From the NCBI GenBank assembly GCA_963751635.1, contig CAVVVE010000002.1, positions 278,026-342,025 of the forward strand: 64,000 nucleotides of DNA, in the 5' to 3' direction. The position numbers and the translations under genes were made by a program. The notes under the pieces were generated by a model that had not been told where the DNA came from, did not search any database, and saw nothing but the letters and a program-made list of their open reading frames with translations. The stretch's first letter is position 1. Each line of letters begins with the position of its first letter. This stretch comes from an uncultured Chloroflexia bacterium. Lineage in GTDB: Bacteria > Chloroflexota > Anaerolineae > Anaerolineales > Anaerolineaceae. Below are positions 33,613 to 43,574 of the stretch, piece by piece.

Positions 33613-34140
33613 TTAGAAAGCCGGTTTCTTGTGCACCAGGTTGGCGCTGCCGCGGCTGAGGGCGCCGCTGAGCTGGGCGCGGGCTTCTTCTGCGGTGATG
33701 CTGCAGGACTGCACCCACTCGTTGATGAACTGGCGCTCGAGGTTCTCGAGGATCTTCTTCTCGTTGACGTGCATATCCTTCTGCACATCGCGCGCGTACA
33801 GGTCGCGGATGAGGGAGGCTTTGGAAAGCAGGGTGGCGTCTTCGACCAGGGTCTGGATGTGCATCAGCCGGCGGCGGAAGTTGTTATCGAGGGGCTTGGG
33901 CTCGCTGGCGAGGATCTCGAGCGCCTTTTCAAAGACCTCGGCGGATTCCACCTGGCGGATGCGCCCGGAATCCACTTCCGAAAGCGAGAGCCAGTAGGTG
34001 ATGAGCTCGGTCTTGACGATGTAAAAGACCTTGCGGTCGCCGAAGAGCTCCTTCTTGTCCATGCCGATGATCTGGCCGAGGCCGTGGCGCGAATGAACGA
34101 TCCAGTCCCCTTCAGCCAGTTCAAGTGTGATTTTCGACAT
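33613..34140 (-). CDS. CarD family transcriptional regulator
   Basis: GDWIVHSRHGLGQI (CarD/TRCF RID motif), helical C-domain LIRDL, EKKILE. Confidence 0.78.
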   Translation of the reverse strand: MSKITLELAEGDWIVHSRHGLGQIIGMDKKELFGDRKVFYIVKTELITYWLSLSEVDSGRIRQVESAEVFEKALEILASEPKPLDNNFRRRLMHIQTLVEDATLLSKASLIRDLYARDVQKDMHVNEKKILENLERQFINEWVQSCSITAEEARAQLSGALSRGSANLVHKKPAF

Positions 34141-34327
34141 ATAAATGCAGTTTCCTTCGCGTCAGCCCGGATTGCCTGAAATGGCCTTTCCCCGCAGGGA
34201 ACACGGACATGGGCTAATTATAACTTAGTTGGGGGGATAATGGGTTTGAAATGGCAGATACCTTCGTCTTCAACCGCTATGACCCAGGTATTTTAGGTCG
34301 TTGACCTTGAAACAGGTGTTGCTAAAG

Positions 34328-34380
34328 TAGACAAAAGTTGACAAAAGTTGACAAAATTTGACACTTTGACATTTTGGACA
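34328..34380 (+). repeat. Tandem T(T/A/G)GACA repeats with 10-bp period
   Basis: TAGACA 34328; TTGACA 34338, 34348, 34358, 34366; TGGACA 34375. Unit approximately GTTGACAAAA. Confidence 0.85.
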
Positions 34381-34566
34381 TTATTCTGGATTTTTTTTAT
34401 TCGAAATGAAGGAATAAAAAAACTATTTATAATACTATTGTACATATTTCCTTTTATATTACATTTTGTGCATCATTCGCACATCTTGTATATAAAAAAG
34501 AATTTCGTGATATCTAATGAAAATATATTCTTATTTTTAAAGACCAGAGAGGTATAAACAAAAATA

Positions 34567-35951
34567 TTAATTTCCCTGTATTAAGGTAATTTTAAGAAAA
34601 ATTCTTTTTCTAAGATACTGATCATTTCTAATTAATACAATAATCGAATATGGGGTAAAGTTGATACTTGCGCAATCATTAATAAAATAGTAATTGTTGA
34701 ACCACTTCCAATTAATGAATCTACTATACTTATTTTCGATCTTTGAATATCCAACAAACCACAGTTGGAATATTCTTCAATTTTTGAGAATTCTAAAAGC
34801 GGTATAGATAGCCTATCATGCAATATTGATGCGATAGCAATACCATCGTTATCAATAGGTAATAAGTAATCTATTTCTTTATAAGAATTATTTTTTTTTA
34901 TTCTGTTCACTAATTCTGAAAAATGAGTCTTTGCTTTCATTTGAGTCTAAGAAAAGCTTTTCAATTTGAAAATTATAATTGTTTCCATTTCTAATAAATT
35001 TGTTTAAATTGCTAATTGTCTATCGCGATTTGACAAAATCATTGCCTATGTCCCCATCCCTTTAACTTTTAATATTATACAAATGCAAAATAGATTTGTA
35101 TTGCTTTGATAAATTATTTTCCCCATATGCATCTCGAAACATAAGAAGTGATCTTTTTTTATATTTTCAATTCTTTGCTCTAATCCTTCCTCATAAATTA
35201 ATTCATTTTTTACTAATATTTTCTTGATCATGTCATTATTCTCATCAAGAATTGTAATAAAAAGGAAAAGAAAAATATCGCTCTCCTTAATACTTGTTTC
35301 CTTCCATTTCTTTATGAATCCAGGAAATTTTCGATATATATCTATTAATCAATTATTAATATCAAATTTTAATGAAGAGAAATAGGTTGGTTTATTTTGA
35401 TTTGGGTAATCTATTTTTTTATTTGTGGCCAGAGAAAATACGATTCTGGCAATACCTGTGTAAAATAGAATAAAATTTCCGTTTTCTATGCCAGAAATAG
35501 TATCCTGAAATCCAGTATAAATGCTTCCTGTAGCCTCTTTGAATATTCCTGTTTTCTTTCCCCCTGTTACCCTCTCTGTCATAAAATCTGACGTGATTTT
35601 GAGAATTTTCCCGTAAATAATTGTATTTGAGATGATTTATTACTTTCAAGAACATATCCAATTGCTAATAACTTTTTTCCAATATCATCAAAATCAAAAT
35701 GCTCTTCACTTTCACATGTTCCTTTGTTTAAGAATAATATTTCGATATCAGCATTTATTCTTGATGGCCGATTTTAACAACATCCTTCCAAATATTTTTT
35801 TCTATTTCATCATTTGATTTATCAGGTACTATTGTGCTATTAATTTTAATAAATTTGAGCGATATAATATTAGAATATATAAAAATAATAAAATAATAAG
35901 GGAGTATTTAGAAAAAAAATCTAAAATTACCGCAATGTCAAATATCTTCAT
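34567..35951 (-). CDS. Putative membrane-anchored protein with C-terminal phosphoribosyltransferase-like domain (many indels; could be two genes)
   Basis: ATG overlaps the upstream stop (ATGA). N-terminal hydrophobic helix SLIILLFLYILILY. C-terminal IDYLLPIDNDGIAIASILHDRLSIPL..KISIVDSLIGSGST matches a type I PRTase core. Confidence 0.55.
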
Positions 35952-36368
35952 TCCTTAATATTATTCCCTTCTTCTTCATCTTGTTCTTTTGTAAATCTTT
36001 TTATCACCCCTCTGTTAATACTTTCTCTAATTATGATCCATATTAAAATGAGCAAAGGAAGAAAAAATACTAAATTCAATCGCTCATCAGCAGAAAAATA
36101 ATTTTTATATTCAGAAATAAGATATAAAACGAGAACTACACAAAATAAAGTTGTGTATATAAAATTTTCAATTTTCTTATCAAGCTCTGTCTGTGTAAAA
36201 GCTGTTTAATGGTATGCCACAATAGCAAAAGAAATGATACATTCAGATAAATATTTAATACTTATTCCTTTACGTGTGATAAAAGTTGTTATCCCAAATA
36301 CCAACGATTGTAGCAAATATGCGAATATCAATATCTTCCGGAAATTCAATTTTCTCTCTATTTTCCAT
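35948..36368 (-). CDS. Putative 4-TM membrane protein (not in ORF track; one indel, one in-frame TAA)
   Basis: Hand translation: ..KILIFAYLLQSLVFGITTFIT..CIISFAIVAYH*..FIYTTLFCVVLVLYLI..LNLVFFLPLLILIWIII..EQDEEEGNNIKE*. Confidence 0.55.
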
Positions 36369-36978
36369 TATCTGCCTAACTAGATAAATCTTTAAGTCTG
36401 GACCTCTTGCGAGTACAATAATTGGGATACTTCCTGGAATAACTTTCTGCCAGTCATCGTCAACACCCAAATCAATAAAAACAAATAAACCACCAAGATC
36501 TGATCCGTTAGAACGGATAGCATCATATGTTTTTATAATAGCATCTCCACCCAAAATTACATCCTTTATTAGTAATACTTTTCCAGATTTTAAAACATTT
36601 GATCTATGATTAATTACAGGATGAATATGAAAAATTGAGAATCGCTCTTCATCAAAAACAGCAAGCGATTTTCTAGTTTCTTTTGCAAATACAGAAGCGA
36701 AAGGAACCGTCCCATATGCTGCATATCGTGTGGTAGTACCACAACGATTGAATAGTGATTAAGGTTAATCAAGGTAAATGGTTAAGTCAATCATAAGATT
36801 TTTCAAATGCATCAGAGAACCCCCATAATAAATCTAAATCAAACAGAAATTCAACTTTATCAACTAATGGTATTACTTGGCTGGGTAGTTGGGGTTTATA
36901 GTGGACATTATTTTTTGCAACAATTTTTAAAAAATCTTTTTGAATTGTTTCATCAAAATAATAATTTGACTTATTCAT
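36270..36978 (-). CDS. Orotate-PRTase-like type I phosphoribosyltransferase with degenerate PRPP loop (indels near 36730-36790; true end may be 36368)
   Basis: Hand translation AYGTVPFASVFAKETRKSLAVF..SGKVLLIKDVILGGDAIIKTYDAIRSNGSDLGGLFVFID. Own TATAAT about 20 nt upstream. Confidence 0.62.
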
Positions 36979-37300
36979 AGAACCCACTTTATTTTTATTA
37001 TATTACAATTTATTTCCACTGAAAATAAATATCTATTTTGTTAGTTTAATTTTGATCCTTTTAAAAGTCTCCAAATTCACAAACTATAATTTTTTAGAGC
37101 TCCCATAAGTATCATTGCCAGTCTATATCCAACGCCTAAATAATAAGAAAAATCATTCTTCTGATAGTTGTTTTTGTGATTCAATTGGTAATGTTCATAC
37201 TTTATGCAAACTGGAGACCACTAAGTGATATCGATTTGCCACCTCATCTGATAATGGAAATGTGAAAGCGATATCCAAGAAAAATGCATTATTTTCATAA

Positions 37301-39175
37301 TCAAAGGCCAAACTTTTCATAAAGCCAGATAAAAATATTTTCAAAATTCTTTTTAGTTTCTCTGGTTAAAGCTAAAGCCTCCCCAGCTTCAACTTTTTCA
37401 AGGAACAACCGGGCATACATCTCTTTTCCCGAATCCTTTACAATATCGGAGTTATTTTTTTGCATCTCTTCCGGTTTTCTACTTCTGGAAAGAATAAATT
37501 TCTCAAAGTCGCCTTTTGTAAAACCTCCTCGATACCCATCGCATTATTTATTTTCAAAATATGCTCATGTGCCAAATCATCATTATTTTCATAAAATTGT
37601 TTCTTCAGCTGGTTATAAGCTGCTCGTCCTTGGCTTTTATCATCATCAAAAACAGCTTTGTAATTACATCCCCAACCAATTAATATGCTTACAACATGCT
37701 TCACATTATCAGCTCCACATGCTGGTATAAATCGGATTTTTTCATCCTTTATCAGGATGTCTTTAAAGGCTGAAAGGTAATAATGATCAGTTATACCTTC
37801 AACAACAACGTTGAGTTTATTGGCATCAACTATTGAGCCAATGCTGATAAGCCCCATAGCAATGCGAATTGGTGACAACGCATCCAAACTCCCATGGCCT
37901 TCTCTCGAAATAAACTGACCCACATTTTCAATTTTCGTTCCTAAGTCCTGATTGTTAGAAACTAATCTAATTCGTGTAAATTCCTTACCTTTTGTCCCTA
38001 TCAAATTGGGATTATGCATTGGTCAATTATTTGTATATCATTTTCAGAAGTCTCTTCCAGTATCTTTTTTACATCATATTGAGCTATATCATGCAAGGTT
38101 TGTCCAGGTTCATCTATTAGTAATATGAATCGGATTTTCCTCTGTGATTTTTCGGATTTTAGAGTAGTACCTCCCATTTAAGTGGCAACGCAACCGTGAA
38201 TGGAATGCACTAAACCACCGAAAACCTGCCTTTTTTGCTCCCAAATAAAGGCGTGTACCCTCTTTACCTTTAATGCATAAAAATTACTTTTTTGGGTACT
38301 GCGTTATCGATTTCGATAGAAAATCTGTATTTTTCCTCTCCTTTACGCTAGAGATTCTTTGTGTCCAAGATTGATTAAGATTTCTCAGTTGCGCGATCTT
38401 CCAACTCTTCGAGCTTATTCTTTTTATCTCTAATATCTTGGATTTCAGCCAAACTAACTAAATCAACTGAAAAAACCTTCTCAAAATCTTTTACAGCATT
38501 ATTCTTTCCGAGCTTCGTTACCTCTTCTTCGGAAGGTAAAAGATCCCGAAATGTCTCATAAAAACTAAATGGGGGGATTGATTCGATTAATCTCTTTATA
38601 CACGCGGATAATAATTCTTCCTTTGTTGGTTGGCTGGGAGTAGGTGGTTTAGGAGATGGCGGTATGCTTGTTAATTCTTCGACAGCTACTTCTTTTTTTT
38701 CAGGGGGTTCTGGATTATCATCAACCACTTCTTTTTGTGAGACTTCAGTTTTTTTTGTTTCCGCAGTTATAGTCTCCTATATTTTCTGGAATCAAACTAC
38801 GTAAAATATTCAGCTCTTCAGTAAAAATGTCATGTACTTGACCTTTTACACTCTTTCAATAAAGCTTATATGTGATTTATTTTTAATAAATTCTCAACCT
38901 GCTCTCTTGATACGAGGTCCCCGTTAAATCGTAAGTCACCGGGTTCGAGAGCAAATTCGCACAAAACTTCAGTTTCATAGCTCCCTACGTCTCTGGTATT
39001 TCTCAAATTTTTCGTTCGGACCGTTCCTGAAGAAGTCGAGGGATTCAAGTACAGCAGTTTTTCCCGCCTCGTTCTGTCCGGCAAGTACAACAATGTTGTC
39101 AATTTCAGATAGCTTACATTCGCCAGTATCTTTGATTGACCGGAAGCCTTTAATTTTTAATCAATAGAGCCGCAT
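37301..39175 (-). CDS. OLD-family ATP-dependent nuclease (ABC-type ATPase + TOPRIM), multiple indels
   Basis: RBS GGGAGGT; MRLY*LKIKGFRSIKD, Walker A AGQNEAGKT, signature GFRWFSAF, Walker B LLIDEPGQTLH, HNP; TOPRIM VVVEGITD..VFDDD..GIEE. Confidence 0.8.
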
Positions 39176-39718
39176 GACTTACCTCCCATTTGTATAACAA
39201 CTAAAACTAGTAAACACAATTTACTGGAGTTTGGATGTTTTTATCAAATAGAAATACTAATTTCCAACCTCTTACTGTGTATTTACCAAACAATCTTATT
39301 CAGGAATTAATGATAAAGTGCGAACATATCAACTTTTAAATCTATACATTGTTAATCTTATTCGATATTCAAATGCGAACATTTTAGCTATTCAACAATT
39401 CATAACAAGGGGCAAATTTGTCCTCTGCCCAACCTGGCAATTGCATTATCCTTTTGTGTAATATTTAATTATTATTTGATCATTATTCTTTACCCTTATT
39501 TGCCTTGATCCCAAGGTTCTGCCCCACTCAATACTTGAAACATACCTGTGAATCTTTATCCCACCTATTTTAAAAAACCAACAGCATGATTCCTAAAACT
39601 GGGTATAATGAACTCCACCTGCCTATGAATTACCATTACGGGCAGCAGCAGCGAAAGCATTCGCATTAACCAATCGGGTCAAGCGCACACCTTGGCTCTT
39701 AAAAGTCAAGGAGACATT

Positions 39719-40966
39719 ATGCAGTTTGACCAATTTTCACTCGACGCGCGCATTGCCGCAGGCATTAAGAGCGCGGGCTACACCACCCCCACCCCCATCC
39801 AGCAGCAGGCCATCCCGGTTGTGCTGCAGCAGCGCGACGTGCTGGGCCTGGCGCAGACCGGCACCGGCAAGACCGCGGCCTTCATGCTGCCCATCCTGCA
39901 GCGCCTGAGCGCAAGCCCGGCGCGGCAGATCCGGGCGCTGATCATCGTGCCGACGCGGGAACTGGCCGAGCAGATCCACCAGACCGCCATCGCCCTGGGC
40001 AAGAACACGCACGTGCGCAGCACGACCATCTACGGCGGGGTGAGCAAGAACCCGCAGCTGGAAGCCCTGCGGCGCGGCACCGATATCGTCGTGGCGTGCC
40101 CCGGCCGGCTGCTGGACCTGCTGAGCGAAGCCAGGATCGACCTCTCGCACGTTGAGGTGCTGGTGCTGGACGAGGCCGACCGCATGTGCGACATGGGCTT
40201 TCTGCCCGACATCCGCCGCATCCTGAAGAAGGTGCCGGCAAAGCGCCAGACGCTGTTCTTCTCCGCCACCATGCCGGACGATATCCGCACGCTGGCTGAC
40301 AGCATCCTGCACAACCCGGTGACCGTGCAGATCGGCATGATCGCGCCGACGGAAACCGTATCGCACGCGCTCTACCCCGTGCCCCAGACGCTGAAGACCG
40401 CGCTGGTGACAAGCATTTTGCAGCAGCTGGCTTCGGACCGGGTGCTGATCTTCACGCGCACCAAGCACCGCGCGCGCAGCCTGGCCGTGAAACTGGCGAA
40501 AGCCGGTTTGCGCACCTCCGCGCTGCAGGGCAACATGTCGCAGAACGCGCGCCAGGGCGCCCTGGACGGCTTCCGCAAGGGCAGCTACGACATCCTGGTG
40601 GCCACCGACATCGCCGCGCGCGGCATCGACGTGAGCGATATCACGCATGTGATCAACTTCGACATGCCGGACACGGTGGACGCCTATATCCACCGCATCG
40701 GCCGCACGGGGCGCGCCCAGGCAACGGGCAAGGCTTTCACGCTGTGCGTGCCGGAGGACGAGGGCATGATCCGCGACATCGAGCGCGTTCTGGGAGCCAA
40801 GATCGAGCGCGTGCGCCTGGCGGATTTTGATTACACCCAGCGCGCGCCGGAACGAGCAGCGCAGCCAAATATGCAGAATCGGGCCAACCGCCCCATGCAG
40901 CCCCGGCAGCCGCACCCCAGCCGGAACAGAAATTGGGCGAGGAACCGCCAGGGACGCGCGGTTTAA
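39719..40966 (+). CDS. DEAD-box RNA helicase (RhlE-like)
   Basis: Q-motif PTPIQ, AQTGTGKT, PTRELA, DEAD, SAT, ARGID, HRIGRTGRA. Start at ATG after AAGGAG. Confidence 0.95.
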   Translation: MQFDQFSLDARIAAGIKSAGYTTPTPIQQQAIPVVLQQRDVLGLAQTGTGKTAAFMLPILQRLSASPARQIRALIIVPTRELAEQIHQTAIALGKNTHVRSTTIYGGVSKNPQLEALRRGTDIVVACPGRLLDLLSEARIDLSHVEVLVLDEADRMCDMGFLPDIRRILKKVPAKRQTLFFSATMPDDIRTLADSILHNPVTVQIGMIAPTETVSHALYPVPQTLKTALVTSILQQLASDRVLIFTRTKHRARSLAVKLAKAGLRTSALQGNMSQNARQGALDGFRKGSYDILVATDIAARGIDVSDITHVINFDMPDTVDAYIHRIGRTGRAQATGKAFTLCVPEDEGMIRDIERVLGAKIERVRLADFDYTQRAPERAAQPNMQNRANRPMQPRQPHPSRNRNWARNRQGRAV

Positions 40967-40991
40967 GGAATATCTTTAAAAAAGCTTTCTC

Positions 40992-41022
40992 AGTCCACCT
41001 GAATCAGGTGGACTTTTATTTT
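40992..41022 (+). terminator. Intrinsic terminator
   Basis: AGTCCACCTGA-A-TCAGGTGGACT followed by TTTATTTT. Confidence 0.8.
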
Positions 41023-41145
41023 CTTAAGTGCCTTAAGCCCCGGCAAAACCCAACCTAATAGAAATATAAGAAACCTGAAAATAATCCGGTTTACCACAAC
41101 GCCTTTGCTACAATCGCATTGTCATTTATAGATAAAGGAGAAAAA

Positions 41146-41518
41146 ATGGAACTCGGCGCATTTTCAGTCAGCCTGGCGGTCAAGGACATCCAGGCATCCA
41201 AGGCATTTTACGAGAAGCTGGGATTCAGCGCTTTTCATGGAGAGATAACGCAGAACTGGCTCATCATGAAGAACGGCAACTGCGTGATCGGGCTCTTCCA
41301 GGGCATGTTTGACAAGAACATGCTGACCTTCAATCCCGGCTGGGACCAGAACGCCCAAAATCTCGAGAAGTTCACCGACGTGCGCGCACTGCAGCGGGCA
41401 ATGAAAGAAAAAGGCGTGGCGCTCACCGGCGAAGCAGACGAGACAACCAGCGGGCCGGCCTAGTATTACGCTTGAAGACCCGGACGGCAACCAGATCCTG
41501 ATCGACCAGCACGTGTGA
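41146..41518 (+). CDS. VOC/glyoxalase family protein (extra T at 41461 creates a false stop)
   Basis: MELGAFSVSLAVKDI..SKAFYEKLGF..GLFQGMF..LTFNPGW; continues SITLEDPDGNQILIDQHV*. Confidence 0.88.
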
Positions 41519-41692
41519 GCCTCTTTTCGCGTATCCCAATTGAGACTAATGGCTACGCGCAGTTTATGGATTCAGATTTAATACAGGCGGAAGGACCAGC
41601 ACGGGATAAATTCTCTGATAAAAGGCAAATATTTTTATCCTTACCGAGAGCATAAAATATATACAAACAAGCTCTGTATTTCAGGAGGAAAA

Positions 41693-42642
41693 ATGAAGAA
41701 GCGCCCCTTACTGTTGACCCTGATCCTTGCGACCGCACTGGCTGCGTGCGCCAAGGCGCCCGCCCTGCCGGAAAGCCCCGCTCCAACGGAAATCCAGCCA
41801 AGCGCGACCCCGCAGGCACCTGTTGAATATGTGCCCATCCTGGCTGTCAACACCGGCGACCCGGGCAAAGGCATGGTCTATCTGGAAGATGCCGCCAGCG
41901 GCCAGCGCAGCCCCTACCTGGAGCTGGGCGACCTTTATTCCGACCATTACCACCCGCTCGAGTACCATAACGGCAGCCTGTTCGTCATGCACCGCTTTGA
42001 GTACAGCGGACCCGGCGATGACGACTGGCGCAGCGAATTATGGGTTTATGACGCCGCCAAAAAGGGCAAGCTGGTTTTCGCCAGCAAGAGCCTGGATTTC
42101 CGCGCCGCACCGGACGGGATGACCATTGCCGTCAGCGATAACGACAGGCTGTATTTCATGGATACGAATGGCAACGCCTTCGCCCAATTAAGCGCCGCGC
42201 AGCTGGGTGAGGGGTTGGCCGGGAGCGAGTTCGCGAGCATCGGCCTGGAAGCTGGGCGGAGGACGGCTCGCGCTTCTGGGGAAACCTGTTCGCGGCCAGC
42301 CAGGTGCTGGGCTTTTTTGAGGCCAACACCAGCGGGAGCGAGGTGAAAGCTTATGACCTGGCGACAGTGCCTTTCAGCCGGCAGGAATACGCGTTGAATC
42401 CGGACACCGGCAAGGTGGTTTTCAGCGACTACCCGCGCTTTTTTGACGCGGACAGCGCGGAGAAATTCAAGACCAGCGGCAGCAAAGTGACACTATACCT
42501 GCTGGACCTGCCCGGCATGCAGCTGACCGTAATCGCCGCGAATACGGCGAGGGAGTTCCACCCGCAATGGCTGGATGAAGGGCACATCCAGTATGATGAC
42601 CCCAATGCCCCGGACCAGCAGCTGGTGTATGCCCTGAATTAA
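41693..42642 (+). CDS. Hypothetical lipoprotein, beta-propeller-like (frameshift near 42255)
   Basis: Lipobox LAAC, Pro-rich linker, repeats such as APDG, NPDTGKVVF, PQWLD. Confidence 0.6.
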
Positions 42643-42762
42643 TCAAGCGGATTTTTAAAACCCGGGAAGCAAATGCACCTATAATGATTTGAAAGCAGGC
42701 TTGCAGGCAAGCGAAGGGAAATTATTGGCTGCCTGACTTCACCTGATTTTGGATAATTCATT

Positions 42763-43426
42763 ATGAGCCAATTTTCTGCGGAAGAACTGAAAGAAATCCT
42801 GGCCAGGCACGCCCAATGGCTGCGGAAAGAGGCCGGCGGCGAGCAAGCCAACTTCAAAGACGCTGATCTATCGGGCGCAAGCCTGGTGGCCGCGGCGCTT
42901 GAAAAAGCGGATCTGAGCGGCGCCAATTCTGGAAGGCGCGACGCTGACCGCCGCCAACTTAACGGCAGCGACATTGACCGGCGCGAAGGCGGCAGGCGCA
43001 GACCTGGGCGACACAACCCTGGAAGGCACCTTCCTCGATAACGCCACCCTGACAGGCGCAAGCCTGGCGAAAAGCACGCTGGTGTATACCAGCCTGAAGA
43101 ACGCCGACCTGAGCGGCGCGAACCTGACAGGCGCGACAGTCCATAACGCCAATTTCACGGGCGCAGCCATGAAAGGCGCAAATTTATCACGGGCGCGCTT
43201 CAACAAGTCCATCCTGGCGGGCGTAAACCTGCAGGACGCCGACCTGAGCGGCGCGGTTTTTTATTACGTGAGCTTTTCAAACGCAAACCTGAGAGGAGCG
43301 AATCTGCAGGGCGCGCATTTCAGAGACCCCATCCTGACAGGCGCGGACCTGGAAGGCGCGAAGCTGAAAGGCTGCAATCTGAAAAGCAGCCAATTGAGAA
43401 CAATCAAGCCCGGCCATGTGCCTTGA
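42763..43426 (+). CDS. Pentapeptide-repeat protein (indels near 42930)
   Basis: LKEILARHAQWL leader followed by A(D/N)LxG repeats. Confidence 0.9.
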
Positions 43427-43574
43427 GCCGACGGCCCTGCAATTCAAAGAGAAAGGTTAACATTCGCCGCCTGCGATCCGGGCGGTTTTAATTAAGCTAT
43501 ACTATTGGTAATCAGCGTAAATAAATGCTTTTCATTGACACGAACTCTGCTTTCCAAAAAAGGGACAGACCAGC

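Larger units (their letters stand above)
34320..39600. mobile_element. AT-rich horizontally acquired island (no integrase seen)
   Basis: Abrupt switch from GC-rich flanks (CarD-like gene, DEAD helicase) to strongly AT-rich DNA; all recognisable genes on the - strand. Boundaries approximate. Confidence 0.75.

Noticed and set aside
34140-34320. tRNA or att site at the left island junction
   Set aside because: No cloverleaf, T-loop or CCA end, and no matching direct repeat found near 39.2-39.7 kb by eye.
34328-34380. CRISPR array or functional multi-promoter
   Set aside because: Units are 8-10 bp with no spacers and no cas genes, and no credible downstream + strand gene. Kept only as a tandem repeat.
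34348-34557. 69-aa + strand ORF at the island edge (also 35632..35817)
   Set aside because: Starts within the repeat, no RBS, low-complexity AT-derived composition.
34567-39175. In-frame TGA codons in island genes (e.g. MRLY*LKIK) suggesting TGA recoding (genetic code 4 or 25) or selenocysteine
   Set aside because: The island also has in-frame TAA and many indels, uses TGG for Trp, and ends genes with TGA, including an ATGA overlap. Error or decay is more parsimonious.
34567-39175. Retron (type III PRTase or OLD-type) or Gabija system
   Set aside because: No reverse transcriptase motif (YADD, VTG) and no UvrD gene in the island. The flanking DEAD-box helicase is a GC-rich housekeeping gene on the other strand.
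39320-39382. Two TGCGAACAT copies upstream of the OLD gene as LexA boxes
   Set aside because: They lack the GTTC half of the GAAC-N4-GTTC box. They could be another regulator's direct repeat, but this is unsupported.
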